From Macrostomum lignano (Eukaryota), in NCBI GenBank assembly GCA_002269645.1, contig NIVC01000382.1, forward strand, positions 310,001 to 374,000: 64,000 nucleotides of DNA. The letters are read 5' to 3'. Numbering within the stretch: the first letter of the stretch is position 1; every line of letters begins with the position of its first letter. The notes under the pieces are model-generated. The model was not told the origin of the DNA, searched no databases, and saw only the letters and a program-made list of their open reading frames with translations. Of the stretch, positions 14,471-28,347 are shown one piece after another. Made by a program: the position numbers and the translations under genes.

Positions 14471-17400
14471 GCTAATGCCTAGTTCAAAACTTGGTCTTAG
14501 CAGTGTATCCTTATAGGTATATTAGGTATTAGGCCTACTAAGTTTTTTTCAAAGATTTATTTAAAGTTTTGTAGACTAGGCCTAGATATTTTATAAGTAT
14601 TTCAACAAGGTTTAGAACTATTATGGCTAAGATTTGGTAACTTATTTAATTAGTTAATTTAATAATAAGCCTATATTTTTGGTATTTATAGGCTATATAT
14701 TCTTCAAACTTTCACTTATTCTATAATAAATAAATAATAGTTTTTTATTAGTAGAAATAAAAAATAATATGAAAGTATTTATACTTAAAATCTTTATGGT
14801 TGCTTTGCTTTTATGTATGATAAAGACCTAGTTATTATAGTATCCATACTTTTTAACGCCTATAACAGTTTTTATTCCTGCTATCTTTTGCTCATAAGCC
14901 ACAAAGAATTTCTACCACACTGGCCTCCAAGGGCCCTGTTATAAGTGTGAGGCTCACGTTTCCAAATCTCTCTATGCCGCAAATTATTCAAAGCAGTGTA
15001 TTGTATAATGAAGCAAGCAAATTGGTTTAGTTGACCAAATGAGTAGCAATGCATAGTTAGAGCAGGGCAAGGTTATTGGTTAAGCAGTTTTTTCTATCCT
15101 GTTGTTAGACAACCATATCACCCCCTTGAAGCATTGCTGTGAGTCTACTGTGTCACACATTTGTAGGCTTTTGGCTTGGCCTTCAAACCTCAGCTTTATT
15201 ATTTGCTCTTTAGTGTAGAGCTGGTCTGGCTAGATAGCACCAGTCAAGACAAGAGGAGGCCATTGTCTTTTTGCTTTGATGTAAGCACAATTCCAGTGCT
15301 TACAATGCCTATGCTTTTTTGGTTTTAGTAACCCAGTTTGCTTTTTGATGTCTAAATTATATAAATTAAAACTAGACACAAAATTAAAAACTAGAAAGTG
15401 AGCTCAAAGTTAATTTAAATGTTTGCTTTGCAGTACTTCTTTAATTTAAATAACTAAGTTATTGCTTACTTTGTTAGGCTGACCTGCTATTTTAATTGTG
15501 AAGTCTTATTTCATTAAAATTTTTGTCTCAATTCTTCAAAAAATCAAACATAAACGTGTGAATCAAAAATCAATACTGAAATAGAATTTTCATATTTCAT
15601 AATTTTGATCAAAACTATATATATCATTGTTGATAGATTTCATCTTTACCTAACTAAGGCCTCTTAATATGCATGTTAAGTGCAACCTTGTATATATGAT
15701 TAGGAAGAAAGAGTAAATTAAATTAGAGATTTTTCAAAATTAAAGAAATTGTTAATTTTATAAATTTGATTCTGCTTTCATTAGGAAAATTGGTTTTGTA
15801 AAACATTTAGTATGTTTTTATTTAAATAAAATAAAATAAAAACTAATACTTTAATAATATTTTGCAATTATTAGACTAAATATGGGGTATAAAAAGTGCA
15901 TTGGAATTAAAACTCAGTAGGCATCTAACAGATGACCCATATTGGTATTGGCATATGTGGCAATAATGGTTTGGGCATTTCTATCTTAGACTATAGTCCC
16001 AAGTCAGCAAATGATGTGCACCTAGATCCCTTGCTCCCTAGAAAAGGCATGGATATAGGCTGCAAGAGTGGAAACAAGCTCTAGGATATGGTGACCAAAG
16101 GTGCCTAGATATTGTTATTAGATTGCATTTTATTATTTAGGTATCATAAACTAAGATTTTAAATAGACAAATTTAGCAAAAAGCAAATTTGGTAACAAGT
16201 CTTTTATATAGGGCATAGCATTTAATTGTTAGCTGTTATTTAAGTTTAACTTCTAGAATTTTATTTTGTTTTCAATGCATAGTATTTATTTTTTGTTGCC
16301 AAATAAGTGCAGTGATAAATGATTTTATATCAAAGCTGATGACCTTCGATAAAAAAGTATTTGATCAAGATAGGCCTTTAATAGAAATTATGCATCTTAA
16401 AACATTAATAAACATTTCTTGAATAGCATATTTAGAATGCAAAGATAAATAATGGATAAAAGAAACTCAATTAAAAGAGAAAGTAATGTTTGCATTGATT
16501 AGAATCATTATATTAAAAGAATTAATAAGATTATATACAATTGTTTTTCCTTCATGGTCACCAAATTCTAGACTGTTGCTAAATATGTTTTTGCCAAGTT
16601 TGTCTACGTTAAGTCTAATTAATAAAGGTTATTAATTTGCAAAAACTACTTTAAATTTAAAATTACCTTTAATTTTGCTTTAATAATTATTATTAACTTT
16701 GCTTTAATTTTGCTTTAATGCTTTAATTTACCTTAAATATTAATTTTAATAATTATTAATAATTTAATAAATGAATTTGCATTTTAGTTTTAAAACTAAA
16801 CTAAATTTTAATTTATATATTTTTAATTAATGATTATTAAAGACTAGTAAAGTTCCTACGTCTTGCCAAGGCAATATACATAGGCCTTATAAAGGTAATT
16901 TTAAATTTAAAGTAGTTTTTGCAAATTAATAACTTTTTAATATAATTACAAAATAAAAAGCTAATATAAGCTAAAAAAACAAAAAAAATGAGAAAAGCTG
17001 TTTTTTAATAGATATCTGCCCTTCCTTCATCAGGATAAGTAGAAATTAAATTATCTTTTTTTCATAAACATGGCTTTTTAAAGAAACTATGGCACTTACA
17101 AAGAATATGTGCATTTTGTATTTTTAAAACTAAACAAAAGTAATAGGTTCTGGCATAAACAAGACTATCATTACAATATGCTAAGCCTTATTTTTATTAT
17201 GTTGCAATTAATGTTTTTTAAGAACAAAAATAACATTTTTGCTTTTAAAAGGTTTTCATTGTAGTCTTGAAACAAAAAAATTAAAATTGAAATGTTTGCT
17301 ATCCATTTTTAATTTTAACTTTAAGACAGGCAGCATTAGGGATAAGAACTTTTTGGTTTTGATAACAATACAGTTATTAAAGTATTAGAAAGACCATGTT

Positions 17401-18313
17401 TCTTTATTGGCCATGTTCAAAGCACTGGAAAAGTCAATATAGCAATTGCAAAAAATATTTATTAATAAAGTTCACAAAGAATCTGTCTGCATTTAGATTC
17501 TTATGTATGTTTAGCTTGTAGAGTTACCTTAACCATGCAGCCAAGTTTTACAATTACTTAAAATTAAAGCCAAAGAATATTAAAAATTCTAAATTTTGTG
17601 GCTTATCATTGGCTTCCATCTTCTACAACTTATGTCAGTTAGATTGGCAAAGTTGTCTAGCAGGTGTGAAATATGTTTAGATCAATTAAATCATATGAAT
17701 TGGTCATGAAAATGACTAAAGAGTAAAAAACGAATTTGTAATAATGATTTTAATAATGACTAAGCCCTATTATATTTTAACTATATAATTTATGTTATAG
17801 CAAGTCTCCCAATGAAGACAAAAATGTAGAAATTATTAATTTAAACTATAGCTATAGTTTCAACATTATATTCAGGTTTAGTTATATAAAGATTAGAAGT
17901 TTTAATAGCTATTGCTAAATATAAAAGTGGGACAGATTTAAGGGGGGCCTTGTGTTGTGGCTGGCAATGATAGCGACCCTTTTGATGATGGTGCCCCTGC
18001 CAACTCTTACATAGAGTCAGCAGACTTCTGTATGTCTGAGAGGCTTAGGAAAATAAAGGGTAGGGAAGGGGCAAATGTTGGCATTTTATTTGGTTTTGAA
18101 TTTTTTAAATGCCATCTGGCATCCTGGTTTTCAATTTTTCATCGTGAGTTTTCACCTAGACTATATGATGTTACATCAGATTTTTGTATTCTTTTGCTTT
18201 CATTGCTACTGATTTCTAACCAAATCAGTAGTATAATGTGAGAGCTACTGTATTTTATTTATCAAATGTGGGTGGGTTTGCTCGGTGACGCCCACACGGA
18301 GACACGCAGGGAC

Positions 18314-18323
18314 TATATATAAA
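18314..18323 (+). promoter_or_regulatory. Candidate TATA box of PCYT1 / head of the gene cluster
   Basis: TATATATAAA about 100 bp upstream of the PCYT1 ATG, where the AT-rich block gives way to CpG-containing sequence. Motif match only. Confidence 0.45.
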
Positions 18324-18423
18324 TCTAGCTCACTGGCCAACTGGCTCACTGGCTATTCTCCCGCGAAAAATTCATTTCATATCTTGTCAAATTTCTCTGC
18401 TACTAAAAAAAAGCCAAGAAAAT

Positions 18424-21400
18424 ATGCCAAAACGAAAGCACGCGTCGCCACTAGTAGAACAGCGTCAACTAAGCGGCAACGACAAAAACAGCAACGCTAA
18501 TAATAGAGACAGCGAAGGATCTGTGCGATCTGTTGAATCGGCAAAATTGCCAACCAATGTGACGCCTGCCGGCACGGAGTCATCGAATCGACTTCAGCCT
18601 GCAACCCTGGCTTGCAATCATGTTCGTCCGGCTCCGTTCAGCGACGATCCAGACGCTCAGGCAATCCTGCAAGCCACTGACTACAGCGTGAAAGTGTCCC
18701 TAGAAGACGCTAAAGCTGGCCGCTCTGTCCGGCCAGTGCGAGTTTACGCTGACGGAATCTACGACATGTTTCATTCTGGTCACGCCCGGCAACTCATGCA
18801 AGCTAAGATGGCCTTCCCCAATGCCTATCTTATTGTTGGTGTGTGCAACGATGTGGATACCCATAGGTGAGGACTTAAGAGATGTCTAAATAGACAGTGA
18901 CTAATGTCTCAAGCATAACTGGATAGATTTTTCAACTTTAATTGGTACAAAACAAGCTGAAAATTTGCAGTTTAGCAGTTTTGCTTTTATGCTACTAGTA
19001 GTAGTTTTAGTTCAAGAAAATATCAGTAGACAGAAAGTAGAATAAAGGCAGGAGGCTGTGTGCAACCTGTCGCACTTTAAGCGACATAGGCACACAACAG
19101 GCGAGAGGCATTACTGCCCATTCCGGCAACTCCCCTGAGCAGGCACACAAGCGCGCGGATACGTACGCAGTCATACGCACAGGCACACACTCACACAGGA
19201 GTGTACAGCGGCCCTAACCCTAAGTCGGCCCTCAATGACGTTAATTGCACGAGCAGAGCCAAGCCGAGATTCCAATTTAGCCCCCCAAATTAATGTGACT
19301 GCACAGGGAATCGAGCCTGGACCGCTTGGCACATCAGAGCGCCACGGTCGACCACTGGGCTGCGCCCCCCCCCCCTCCTGTAGATACACAGTAGAATAAA
19401 TTACAATATGGCTAGGATTGCACAAGAGGTGTCACACCCATAGTTAAGGCGAAGTTTTTATGTGGTATAAATAAATTTTGTACAAATTTAATGTTTACCC
19501 CCTCCTATTGACGCAGAATGAAAGGCAACACTGTGATGCGCGAATCTGAACGCTACGAAGCTGTCCGACATTGTCGCTACGTCGACGAAGTCCTACGCGA
19601 CGCGCCCTGGTCATACGATTATGATTTCTTGTCGAAGCATAAAATCGATTTTGTCGCCCATGACGACCTACCGTACGGAGCTGGCAACACCGAGGATGTG
19701 TACAAATGGATTAAAGATCGGGGAATGTTTCTTGCCACAGAGCGAACCGAAGGCATCTCTACTACTGACGTCATTGCTCGGATCATTCTGGACTATGACG
19801 TCTATTTGCGTAGGAATTTGAAGCGCGGCTTGTCTAGGAAAGAGCTGGGCATATCCTACATGAAGGAGAAGGAGCTGCAGGTTAAGGTGAGTAACTTGGG
19901 GTTGTTCTGAATTGTTGCTGTTTTCTTTTTAATGAGTATTGGATTCATGATAATTAGAGATAATCGATTAGATAATTAGCGATAGTCTATTAGATAATTA
20001 GCGATAGTCTAATTAGATAATTAGCGATAGTCTATTAGATAATTAGCGATAGTCTATTAGATAATCAGCGATAGTCTATTAGATAATTAGCGTTAGTCTA
20101 ATTAGATAATTAGCGATAGTCTAATTAGATAATTAGCGATAGTCTAATTAGATAATTAGCGACAGTCTAATTAGATAATTAGCGATAGTCTATTAGATAA
20201 TTAGCGATAGTCTATTAGATAATCAGCGATAGTCTATTAGATAATTAGCGACAGTCTAATTAGATAATTAGCGATAGTCTATTAGATAATTAGCGATAGT
20301 CTAATTAGATAATTAGCGATAGTCTATTAGATAATTAGCGATAGTCTATTAGATAATTAGCGATAGTCTATTAGATAATCAGCGATAGTCTATTAGATAA
20401 TTAGCGTTAGTCTAATTAGATAATTAGCGATAGTCTAATTAGATAATTAGCGATAGTCTAATTAGATAATTAGCGACAGTCTATTTGATAATTAGCGATA
20501 GTCTATTAGATAATTAGCGATAGTCTATTAGATAATCAGCGATAGTCTATTAGATAATTAGCGACAGTCTAATTAGATAATTAGCGATAGTCTATTAGAT
20601 AATTAGCGATAGTCTAATTAGATAATTAGCGATAGTCTATTAGATAATTAGCGATAGTCTATTAGATAATTAGCGATAGTCTATTAGATAATCAGCGATA
20701 GTCTATTAGATAATTAGCGTTAGTCTAATTAGATAATTAGCGATAGTCTAATTAGATAATTAGCGATAGTCTAATTAGATAATTAGCGATAGTCTAATTA
20801 GATAATTAGCGACAGTCTATTTGATAATTAGCGATAGTCTATTAGATAATCAGCGATAGTCTATTAGATAATCAGCGATAGTGTATTAGGAATTAGGTAT
20901 AGCTTGGCTCATTAGATAATTAAATATCATTATGCAATTTAGCGATACTTATTATCAATGCTCGGTTGTTAAAAGCCAGGCCGCTAAGCCTCTTTGACTG
21001 ATATGGCAAATCTATTTTGAGCTGTTGTTTTCTCTTAGTTCGCTAAGCCTTGGCTAATATATGGTAGCAAATCGATCTTTTTTTCAAGATTTTTTTCTAC
21101 AAGACGATATTTTCTACTTCTAGTTTATTAATTTTTCTTTAATTCTTTAATACAGATAATGACTATGCCGGTTTTCTGGTAAGAATATTTCTCTCTACTT
21201 CCTCCGCTCTCTCTCTCCTAGGAGACATTCAGCACAATGCGCGACAGGATCGGGCAGACCAGACGCGAACTAATTGGCAAATGGGAGCAGCAATCGAACA
21301 GATTCGTTTCCGGATTTGTTTCCGTATTTGGTCACGACGGCCGGATTAGTCATTGGGTTCGGGATAAACGGCTGGCCTTTGCCAGGGCTATCAGTCCGGA

Positions 21401-21668
21401 GTTCGTACAGCTTCAGCAGGGTCCGCAGCAGCAGCAGCCTTCGCTATCTTCATCCTCAGCCTCGTCTCCGGTTGCTAAGCGAGGCAGACCGTTGCTACCC
21501 AGCGGTGCAGCTTTCTCAGACGAGGACGACGAAGAGGAGACGGAGGATTGGGACACTTTGTTCCCGAAGCTGCGGGCGGCTGCCGCGGTGCAGCACCGGC
21601 ACCAGCAGACTGGCGGGGGAGGCAGCGGCAGCAGCAGCTCCGGTAGCAGCGGATCCAATAATGCTTAA
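18424..21668 (+). CDS. PCYT1: Choline-phosphate cytidylyltransferase (CCT), 3 exons, about 419 aa
   Basis: Exons 18424-18866, 19517-19886, 21222-21668 (1260 nt, GT-AG, frame preserved). Motifs [23 protein letters not shown] (HxGH), [15 protein letters not shown] and RTEGISTTD, followed by an amphipathic membrane-binding helix and a Ser-rich tail. Confidence 0.95.
19047..19389 (-). mobile_element. tRNA-derived SINE-like insertion in PCYT1 intron 1 (antisense)
   Basis: On the minus strand: A-box CAGCCCAGTGG (19362-19352) and B-box GGCTCGATTCC (19317-19307), spaced 45 nt as in tRNAs, but the cloverleaf is broken. An 11-bp direct repeat agtagaataaa at 19036-19046 and 19390-19400 flanks the 343-bp insert. 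Confidence 0.7.
19968..20890. repeat. 22/23-bp minisatellite (tagataattagcgatagtctat)n in PCYT1 intron 2
   Basis: Period 22-23 is visible. The 23-bp variant contains the palindrome tctaattaga. Confidence 0.95.
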
Positions 21669-21935
21669 AGATTCTCTGCGTGCATAATTTACCTTTGATG
21701 GGGACGTTTGTGTATGTGTGTGGTTTTCATTTCTATCCATCTTGACATCACCGCGTGTGACTCTTTGTTCGCTCAGACTTAAACTTTAATCTTTAGGGAT
21801 CGGGGAGTTCTTATCTTAAATTTAACATTAACGATGCCTTGGTACTTTAGAATTAAATATCTAACGTTTATCATTTTTAATTTCTAAATTTTAAGCTTCC
21901 CGTAGAATCTTCGTTTTTGGGATTTAGGCTGTTTT

Positions 21936-23008
21936 GGGGATTCCAGCTCTTAGTTTTTGGGATTCGGTATCTTAGTTGTTGGGATTCGGTATCTTAGTTG
22001 TTGGGATTCAGGATTTAAGTTTTTGGGATTCGGGATCTTAGTTGTTGGGATTCAGGATCTTAGTTGTTGGGATTCGGGATCTTAGTTGTTGGGATTCGGG
22101 ATCTTAGTTGTTGGGATTCAGGATTTAAGTTTTTGGGATTCGGGATCTTAGTTGTTGGGATTCGGGATCTTAGTTGTTGGGATTCGGGATCTTAGTTGTT
22201 GGGATTCGGTATCTTAGTTGTTGGGATTCAGGATCTTAGTTGTTGGGATTCGGGATCTTAGTTGTTGGGATTCGGTATCTTAGTTGTTGGGATTCGGTAT
22301 CTTAGTTGTTGGAATTCGGTATCTTAGTTGTTGGGATTCGGTATCTTAGTTGTTGGGATTCGGGATCTAAGTTTTTGGGATTCGGAATCTTAGTTGTTGG
22401 GATTCGGGATCTTAGTTGTTGGAATTCGGTATCTTAGTTGTTGGGATTCGGTATCTTAGTTGTTGGGATTCGGGATCTTAGTTGTTGGGATTCGGGATCT
22501 TAGTTGTTGGGATTCGGGATCTTAGTTTTTGGGATTCGGGATCTTAGTTGTTGGGATTCGGTATCTTAGTTGTTGGGATTCGGTATCTTAGTTGTTGGAA
22601 TTCGGTATCTTAGTTGTTGGGATTCGGTATCTTAGTTGTTGGGATTCGGGATCTAAGTTTTTGGGATTCGGGATCTTAGTTGTTGGGATTCGGGATCTTA
22701 GTTGTTGGAATTCGGTATCTTAGTTGTTGGGATTCGGTATCTTAGTTGTTGGGATTCGGGATCTTAGTTGTTGGGATTCGGGATCTTAGTTGTTGGGATT
22801 CGGGATCTTAGTTGTTGGGATTCGGGATCTTAGTTGTTGGGATTCGGGATCTTAGTTGTTGGGATTCGGGATCTTAGTTGTTGGGATTCGGGATCTTAGT
22901 TGTTGGGATTCGGGATCTTAGTTGTTGGGATTCGGGATCTTAGTTGTTGGGATTCGGGATCTTAGTTGTTGGGATTCGGGATCTTAGTTGTTGGGATTCG
23001 GGATCTTA
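21936..23008. repeat. 22-bp minisatellite (gggattcgggatcttagttgtt)n
   Basis: Period 22, highly homogeneous in the 3' half. Confidence 0.95.
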
Positions 23009-23830
23009 ATTTTCAGATTTCAAAAATGTTAGTTAAAAACATGCTTCCTTAGTTGAAGGTTTATAGAGGATATATTTTATAATGTAATAATATCCTCACC
23101 TGTTGCACCCGCGGTACAAACGTGTCGCACAATCGAGTCTGTATGATTTATGGTAATAGAATTGGTGAAGGGCACAGTGTGGTATTAAAATTCTACAACA
23201 CTTTAGACTAGAGGCTCTGCTTATACATCATATTGTTTGGCATTGTTTCTAAACACTTTAGTTTGTCTGTCATAGGTAATATCTGACTTAGTTAGCTGCT
23301 GTCATCAATTGTAATTCTTTTTGAGCATAGACAGGTCTCTTCATTAGTCATTTTATTAAGTTTATGCTACTATAAGTAGATGATAGGTCAGTCAATAAGT
23401 TGCAGTATTTAATACGCGTGCGCAAATGTCGGTACATGTTGGTGACATTTGGCAGGAAAATGTGATTTAATTATTTAAAATAAGTAAAAAAGCTTATTTG
23501 TCATTTTTATCAACTCTGTATCGTTTGGACTTCCGTCAATTTTAAATTTCCCTCGCAAAGTTTTTGTTTCATTTTTTTAGTAGCAATGCGACTTGTCGAT
23601 AATTGCAGTGTGCCGCAATATGTTGAAAATTCAGTGATCTAGTGAAAATAGTTACTGAAATTATTTACCTATACAGTAATAGCAACTCCTGTTGTATTAA
23701 GTAAGCGATCGTTTTTTGCACTATCATTTCATTAGTCATTTTTCTGTACTTTTGCTTTTTATTTTGTTGGAAAATTATTGTTTACATTAAAGTTGATTTT
23801 TGATTATATAGACTTCCTGGAACTTCTTCA

Positions 23831-24300
<470 letters not shown>

Positions 24301-24828
24301 TCTCTCCCTCTCTCTCAGTGATTGTCTGTCTTAGTGTCAGTCTTTCTGTCTTGTGTTGTTTTGCGTTCGTTCCAAAATTTAGCGGCTTCTTGCTTTTGCT
24401 GAAACTTTGCCATATTATTTATTAAAAAAAGTTTAATAAATGTGAGATTTGAAGGTCAAATTTAGGTGACAGCTATTTTACTCGGATGCAGAGTGTCCGT
24501 AGAATTCGTTGTAGTGTCTCTATGGCATATTGACACCATTCAATTTTGAATTTATGCATGTGCTTGCGCGCTTTTCGTTTTATTAAGATGACTGACTGTC
24601 GGGTAATTTTGTTGTCATGAGGGCAATGATATAATTTGAGTTTTAAAATAAATTTAAAGTCTTTGCTTTTTGACAATGCTTTTAATTTTGTTTCTTTTTG
24701 GCTTGTTTGGTGAGAAATTATCAGTTATATGCATCAATCTGGAATCGGAAGTGGGAAATTTTCTAGGTGAGACTTGTTATTATTTAACATAGGAGTGTAG
24801 AGGGAGATTATTGAAATTGTCAGCAGGG

Positions 24829-26139
24829 TAAGAGTGTCAGGTAGGTTAGGAGTGTCAGGTAGATTGAGTGTGTCAGGTAAGTTGGGAGAATCAGGTAGGT
24901 TGAGAGTGTCAGGTAGGTTGGGAGTGTCAGGTAGGTTAAGTGTCAGGTAGGTTAAGAGTGTCAGGTTAAGAGTGTCAGGTAGGTTAACAGTGTCAGGTTG
25001 AGAGTGTCAGGTAGGTTGACAGTGCCAGGTAGGTTGAGTGTCAGGTAGGTTGAGTGTCAGGTAGGTTAAGAGTGTCAGGTAGGTTGAGTGTCAGGTAGGT
25101 TAAGAGTGTCAGGTAGGTTGAGTGTCAGGTAGGTTAAGAGTGTCAGGTAGGTTGACAGTGTCAGGTAGATTGACAGTGTCAGGTAGGTTGACAGTGTCAG
25201 GTAGGTTGACAGTGTCAGGTAGGTTAAGAGTGTCAGGTAGGTTGAGTGTCAGGTAGGTTAAGAGTGTCAGGTAGGTTGACAGTGTCAGGTTGAGAGTGTC
25301 AGGTAGGTTGACAGTGCCAGGTAGGTTGAGTGTCAGGTAGGTTGAGTGTCAGGTAGGTTAAGAGTGTCAGGTAGGTTGAGTGTCAGGTAGGTTGACAGTG
25401 TCAGGTAGATTGACAGTGTCAGGTAGGTTGACAGTGTCAGGTTGAGAGTGTCAGGTAGGTTGACAGTGCCAGGTAGGTTGAGTGTCAGGTAGGTTGAGTG
25501 TCAGGTAGGTTGAGTGTCAGGTAGGTTAAGAGTGTCAGGTAGGTTGACAGTGTCAGGTAGATTGACAGTGTCAGGTAGGTTGACAGTGTCAGGTAGGTTA
25601 AGAGTGTCAGGTAGGTTGAGTGTCAGGTAGGTTAAGAGTGTCAGGTAGGTTGACAGTGTCAGGTTGAGAGTGTCAGGTAGGTTGACAGTGCCAGGTAGGT
25701 TGAGTGTCAGGTAGGTTGAGTGTCAGGTAGGTTGACAGTGTCAGGTAGATTGACAGTGTCAGGTAGGTTGACAGTGTCAGGTTGAGAGTGTCAGGTAGGT
25801 TGACAGTGCCAGGTAGGTTGAGTGTCAGGTAGGTTGAGTGTCAGGTAGGTTGAGTGTCAGGTAGGTTAAGAGTGTCAGGTAGGTTGACAGTGTCAGGTAG
25901 ATTGACAGTGTCAGGTAGGTTGACAGTGTCAGGTAGGTTAAGAGTGTCAGGTAGGTTGAGTGTCAGGTAGGTTAAGAGTGTCAGGTAGGTTGACAGTGTC
26001 AGGTTGAGAGTGTCAGGTAGGTTGACAGTGCCAGGTAGGTTGAGTGTCAGGTAGGTTGAGTGTCAGGTAGGTTAAGAGTGTCAGGTTAAGAGTGTCAGGT
26101 AGGTTGACAGTGTCAGGTTGAGAGTGTCAGGTAGGTTGA
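24829..26139. repeat. 14-18-bp minisatellite (gtgtcaggtaggttgaca and variants)
   Basis: Variant units are arranged in repeated blocks. Most units contain CAGGTAGGT. Confidence 0.95.
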
Positions 26140-26259
26140 ATGCTGACAGTATCGGGTAGGGTGTGTTAAGACGATCTGTTCTAATCGCAGTTTTATAATC
26201 TTTCAGAGAAAGCAGAAGGTAATTATTGTTTTCTAAACGGTGAATTGCAAGAATCAATC

Positions 26260-27729
26260 ATGTCCTGCGGCGGAGACGGCGGCGGCGGCTGTTGCGATGG
26301 TCACTCTCATGTTGACGCCAGCACCGATCAATCGTCAAGATATTGTCTGCATCAGATGATTGACACAGAAAATTTACAATGCCTGAACGAATCAACGCCC
26401 GGATCTTGTAAACTGGTGTTCAGACCTTGGTCAGAGCGGTTGAGTTCGGATAGTTTTGTTGAATCCGACTGCGATGAAGAATTGTTGTTTAATGTGCCCT
26501 TCACGGGGGTTGTACGCGTCAAAGGTATTGTGCTGATTGGCGGCGAAGCCGAATCGAGGCCTACTAAAATTCGTCTGTTTCGTAATCGCGAATTTATGAC
26601 ATTCGACCAGGCTGGAGCCGAGGCTGACCAAGAGATTGAACTGTGTCCCGATCCTAATGGACTTATCGAGTATAGCTTGAAGCCCACTAAGTTTGGTTCG
26701 GTTAGTACTGCGTTTATTTTTAGAGGCAGGGCTAGATTTTGGTAGCCTGAGTAGGGTAGATTTTGGTAGCCTGAGTAGGGTAGATTTTGATAGCCTGAGT
26801 AGGGTAGATTTTGGTAGCCTGAGTAGGGTAGATTTTGGTAGCCTGAGTAGGGTAGATTTTGGTAGCCAGAGTAGGGTAGATTTTGGTAGCCTGAGTAGGG
26901 TAGATTTTGGTAGCCTGAGTAGGGTAGATTTTGGTAGCCTGAGTAGGGTAGATTTTGGTAGCCTGAGTAGGGTAGATTTTGGTAGCCTGAGTAGGGTAGA
27001 TTTTGGTAGCCTGAGTAGGGTAGATTTTGGTAGCCTGAGTAGGGTAGATTTTGGTAGCCTGAGTAGGGTAGATTTTGGTAGCCTGAGTAGGGTAGATTTT
27101 GGTAGCCTGAGTATGTTAGGGTAGATTTTAGTGGTAGTCTGATTAGGTTAGGGTAGGTTTCGGTATAGTCTGATTAGGCAGGGTTGATTTTAGTAGTAGT
27201 CTGAGTAGGTTAGGGTATATTTTGGTGGTAGCCTGAGTAGGTTAGGGTAGATTTTGGTGGTAGCCTGAGTAGGTTAGGGTAGATTTTGGTGGTAGCCTGA
27301 GTAGGTTAGGGTAGATTTTGGTGGTAGCCTGAGTAGGTTAGGGTAGATTTTGGTGGTAGCCTGAGTAGGATAGGGTATATTTTGGTTGTAGTCTGAGTAG
27401 GATAGGGTAGATTTTGGAAGTAATTTATGTAGATGTAGCATTTTCACGGACCTACCTAAAATGTTATTATTACAGACATTATAATACAGTGTTAATCTTC
27501 TAATCCCACCTGTATATTGCAGGTCAGCCATCTGTCAATTCACATATCAAGCAACGCAGGCGGCGAGACAAGTCGCGTACACTATATTGGTTTACGAGGC
27601 GACTTTATTGAGCCGTTCAGGTCTAAGGTGGTGTTAGCTAATTACGAGATCCGGCCTCAGGCATCTGATCATCAGGCTGGTTCTGATTCTATCGAGTCTG
27701 GCTTCAATCAGACTGCCGCTTCTAAGTAA
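26260..27729 (+). CDS. PITHD1: PITH domain-containing protein 1, 2 exons, about 215 aa
   Basis: Exons 26260-26700 and 27523-27729 (phase 0). Motifs LQCLNE, FVESDCDEELLFNVPFTG, HLSIHIS and YIGLRG match the PITHD1 family. Confidence 0.93.
26733..27418. repeat. 24-bp then 32-bp minisatellite in PITHD1 intron
   Basis: (gattttggtagcctgagtagggta)n grades into a longer variant with ggt and ggttag insertions. Confidence 0.95.
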
Positions 27730-27736
27730 TTTGCTC

Positions 27737-27742
27737 AATAAA
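27737..27742 (+). promoter_or_regulatory. Candidate poly(A) signal of PITHD1
   Basis: AATAAA 8 nt after the stop codon. Motif match only. Confidence 0.4.
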
Positions 27743-28347
27743 TCAGTTGTACTAAGCCAGGCATAAAAAAGCGCTGAGTCATGTGGGTCAGTTGTACTGA
27801 ATGCGTTCGGTTCAAACCGAGCAATGCCATGTGTTTTTTGTTCACCTATAACCCTATTCTATGACCATTGAACCCTTGGTGACTTTTGGTATTCATTATG
27901 CACTGTGTTCAGTTTTTCTCTCCTGTCTATTTGTTTATTCAAGCCCGGTAGGTTGATTCTCAACCTCTTGTGATTTCTTAATATAAAATTTCTGAATTTC
28001 TTATCTTTCTACTTAGGCTGGGGGTGAAGATCGAGGCAAGAGGGCTCAAAGGTCAGTAAAAGGAAGAATTTAGACTGTGTTAAAAGTTCTGTACGAGTTC
28101 ACTATAACACAAGTTTTGTAGCTGCACTGTACGCAAGCAAATAAATTATCTACTCAAGTTGAATAAATTAGCTTTCAAGCAGTAAATTCTCGCATTTTAC
28201 TAATGATTTTGCCACACGTGCTCTCTTATTTTTCATTTTTATGCGTAAAATGTTTGTATTTCTACTTGCAGTAGGCTGATTAGTACTACAATTTTGACTG
28301 CGTGCTAATAAATTTGTACAATAATGTTTCCCTTTTTCAGAACAACT

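Noticed and set aside
19295-19369. Functional tRNA gene on the minus strand
   Set aside because: A and B boxes are present but the acceptor and T stems do not pair properly and no clean anticodon arm forms. It is treated as a SINE head.
24725-26222. Upstream mini-exons (24725-24766, 26207-26218) as a coding extension of PITHD1
   Set aside because: The joined frame (MHQSGIGSGKFSRESRR) stops or is out of frame with the PITHD1 ATG. At most these are 5'UTR exons or a uORF.
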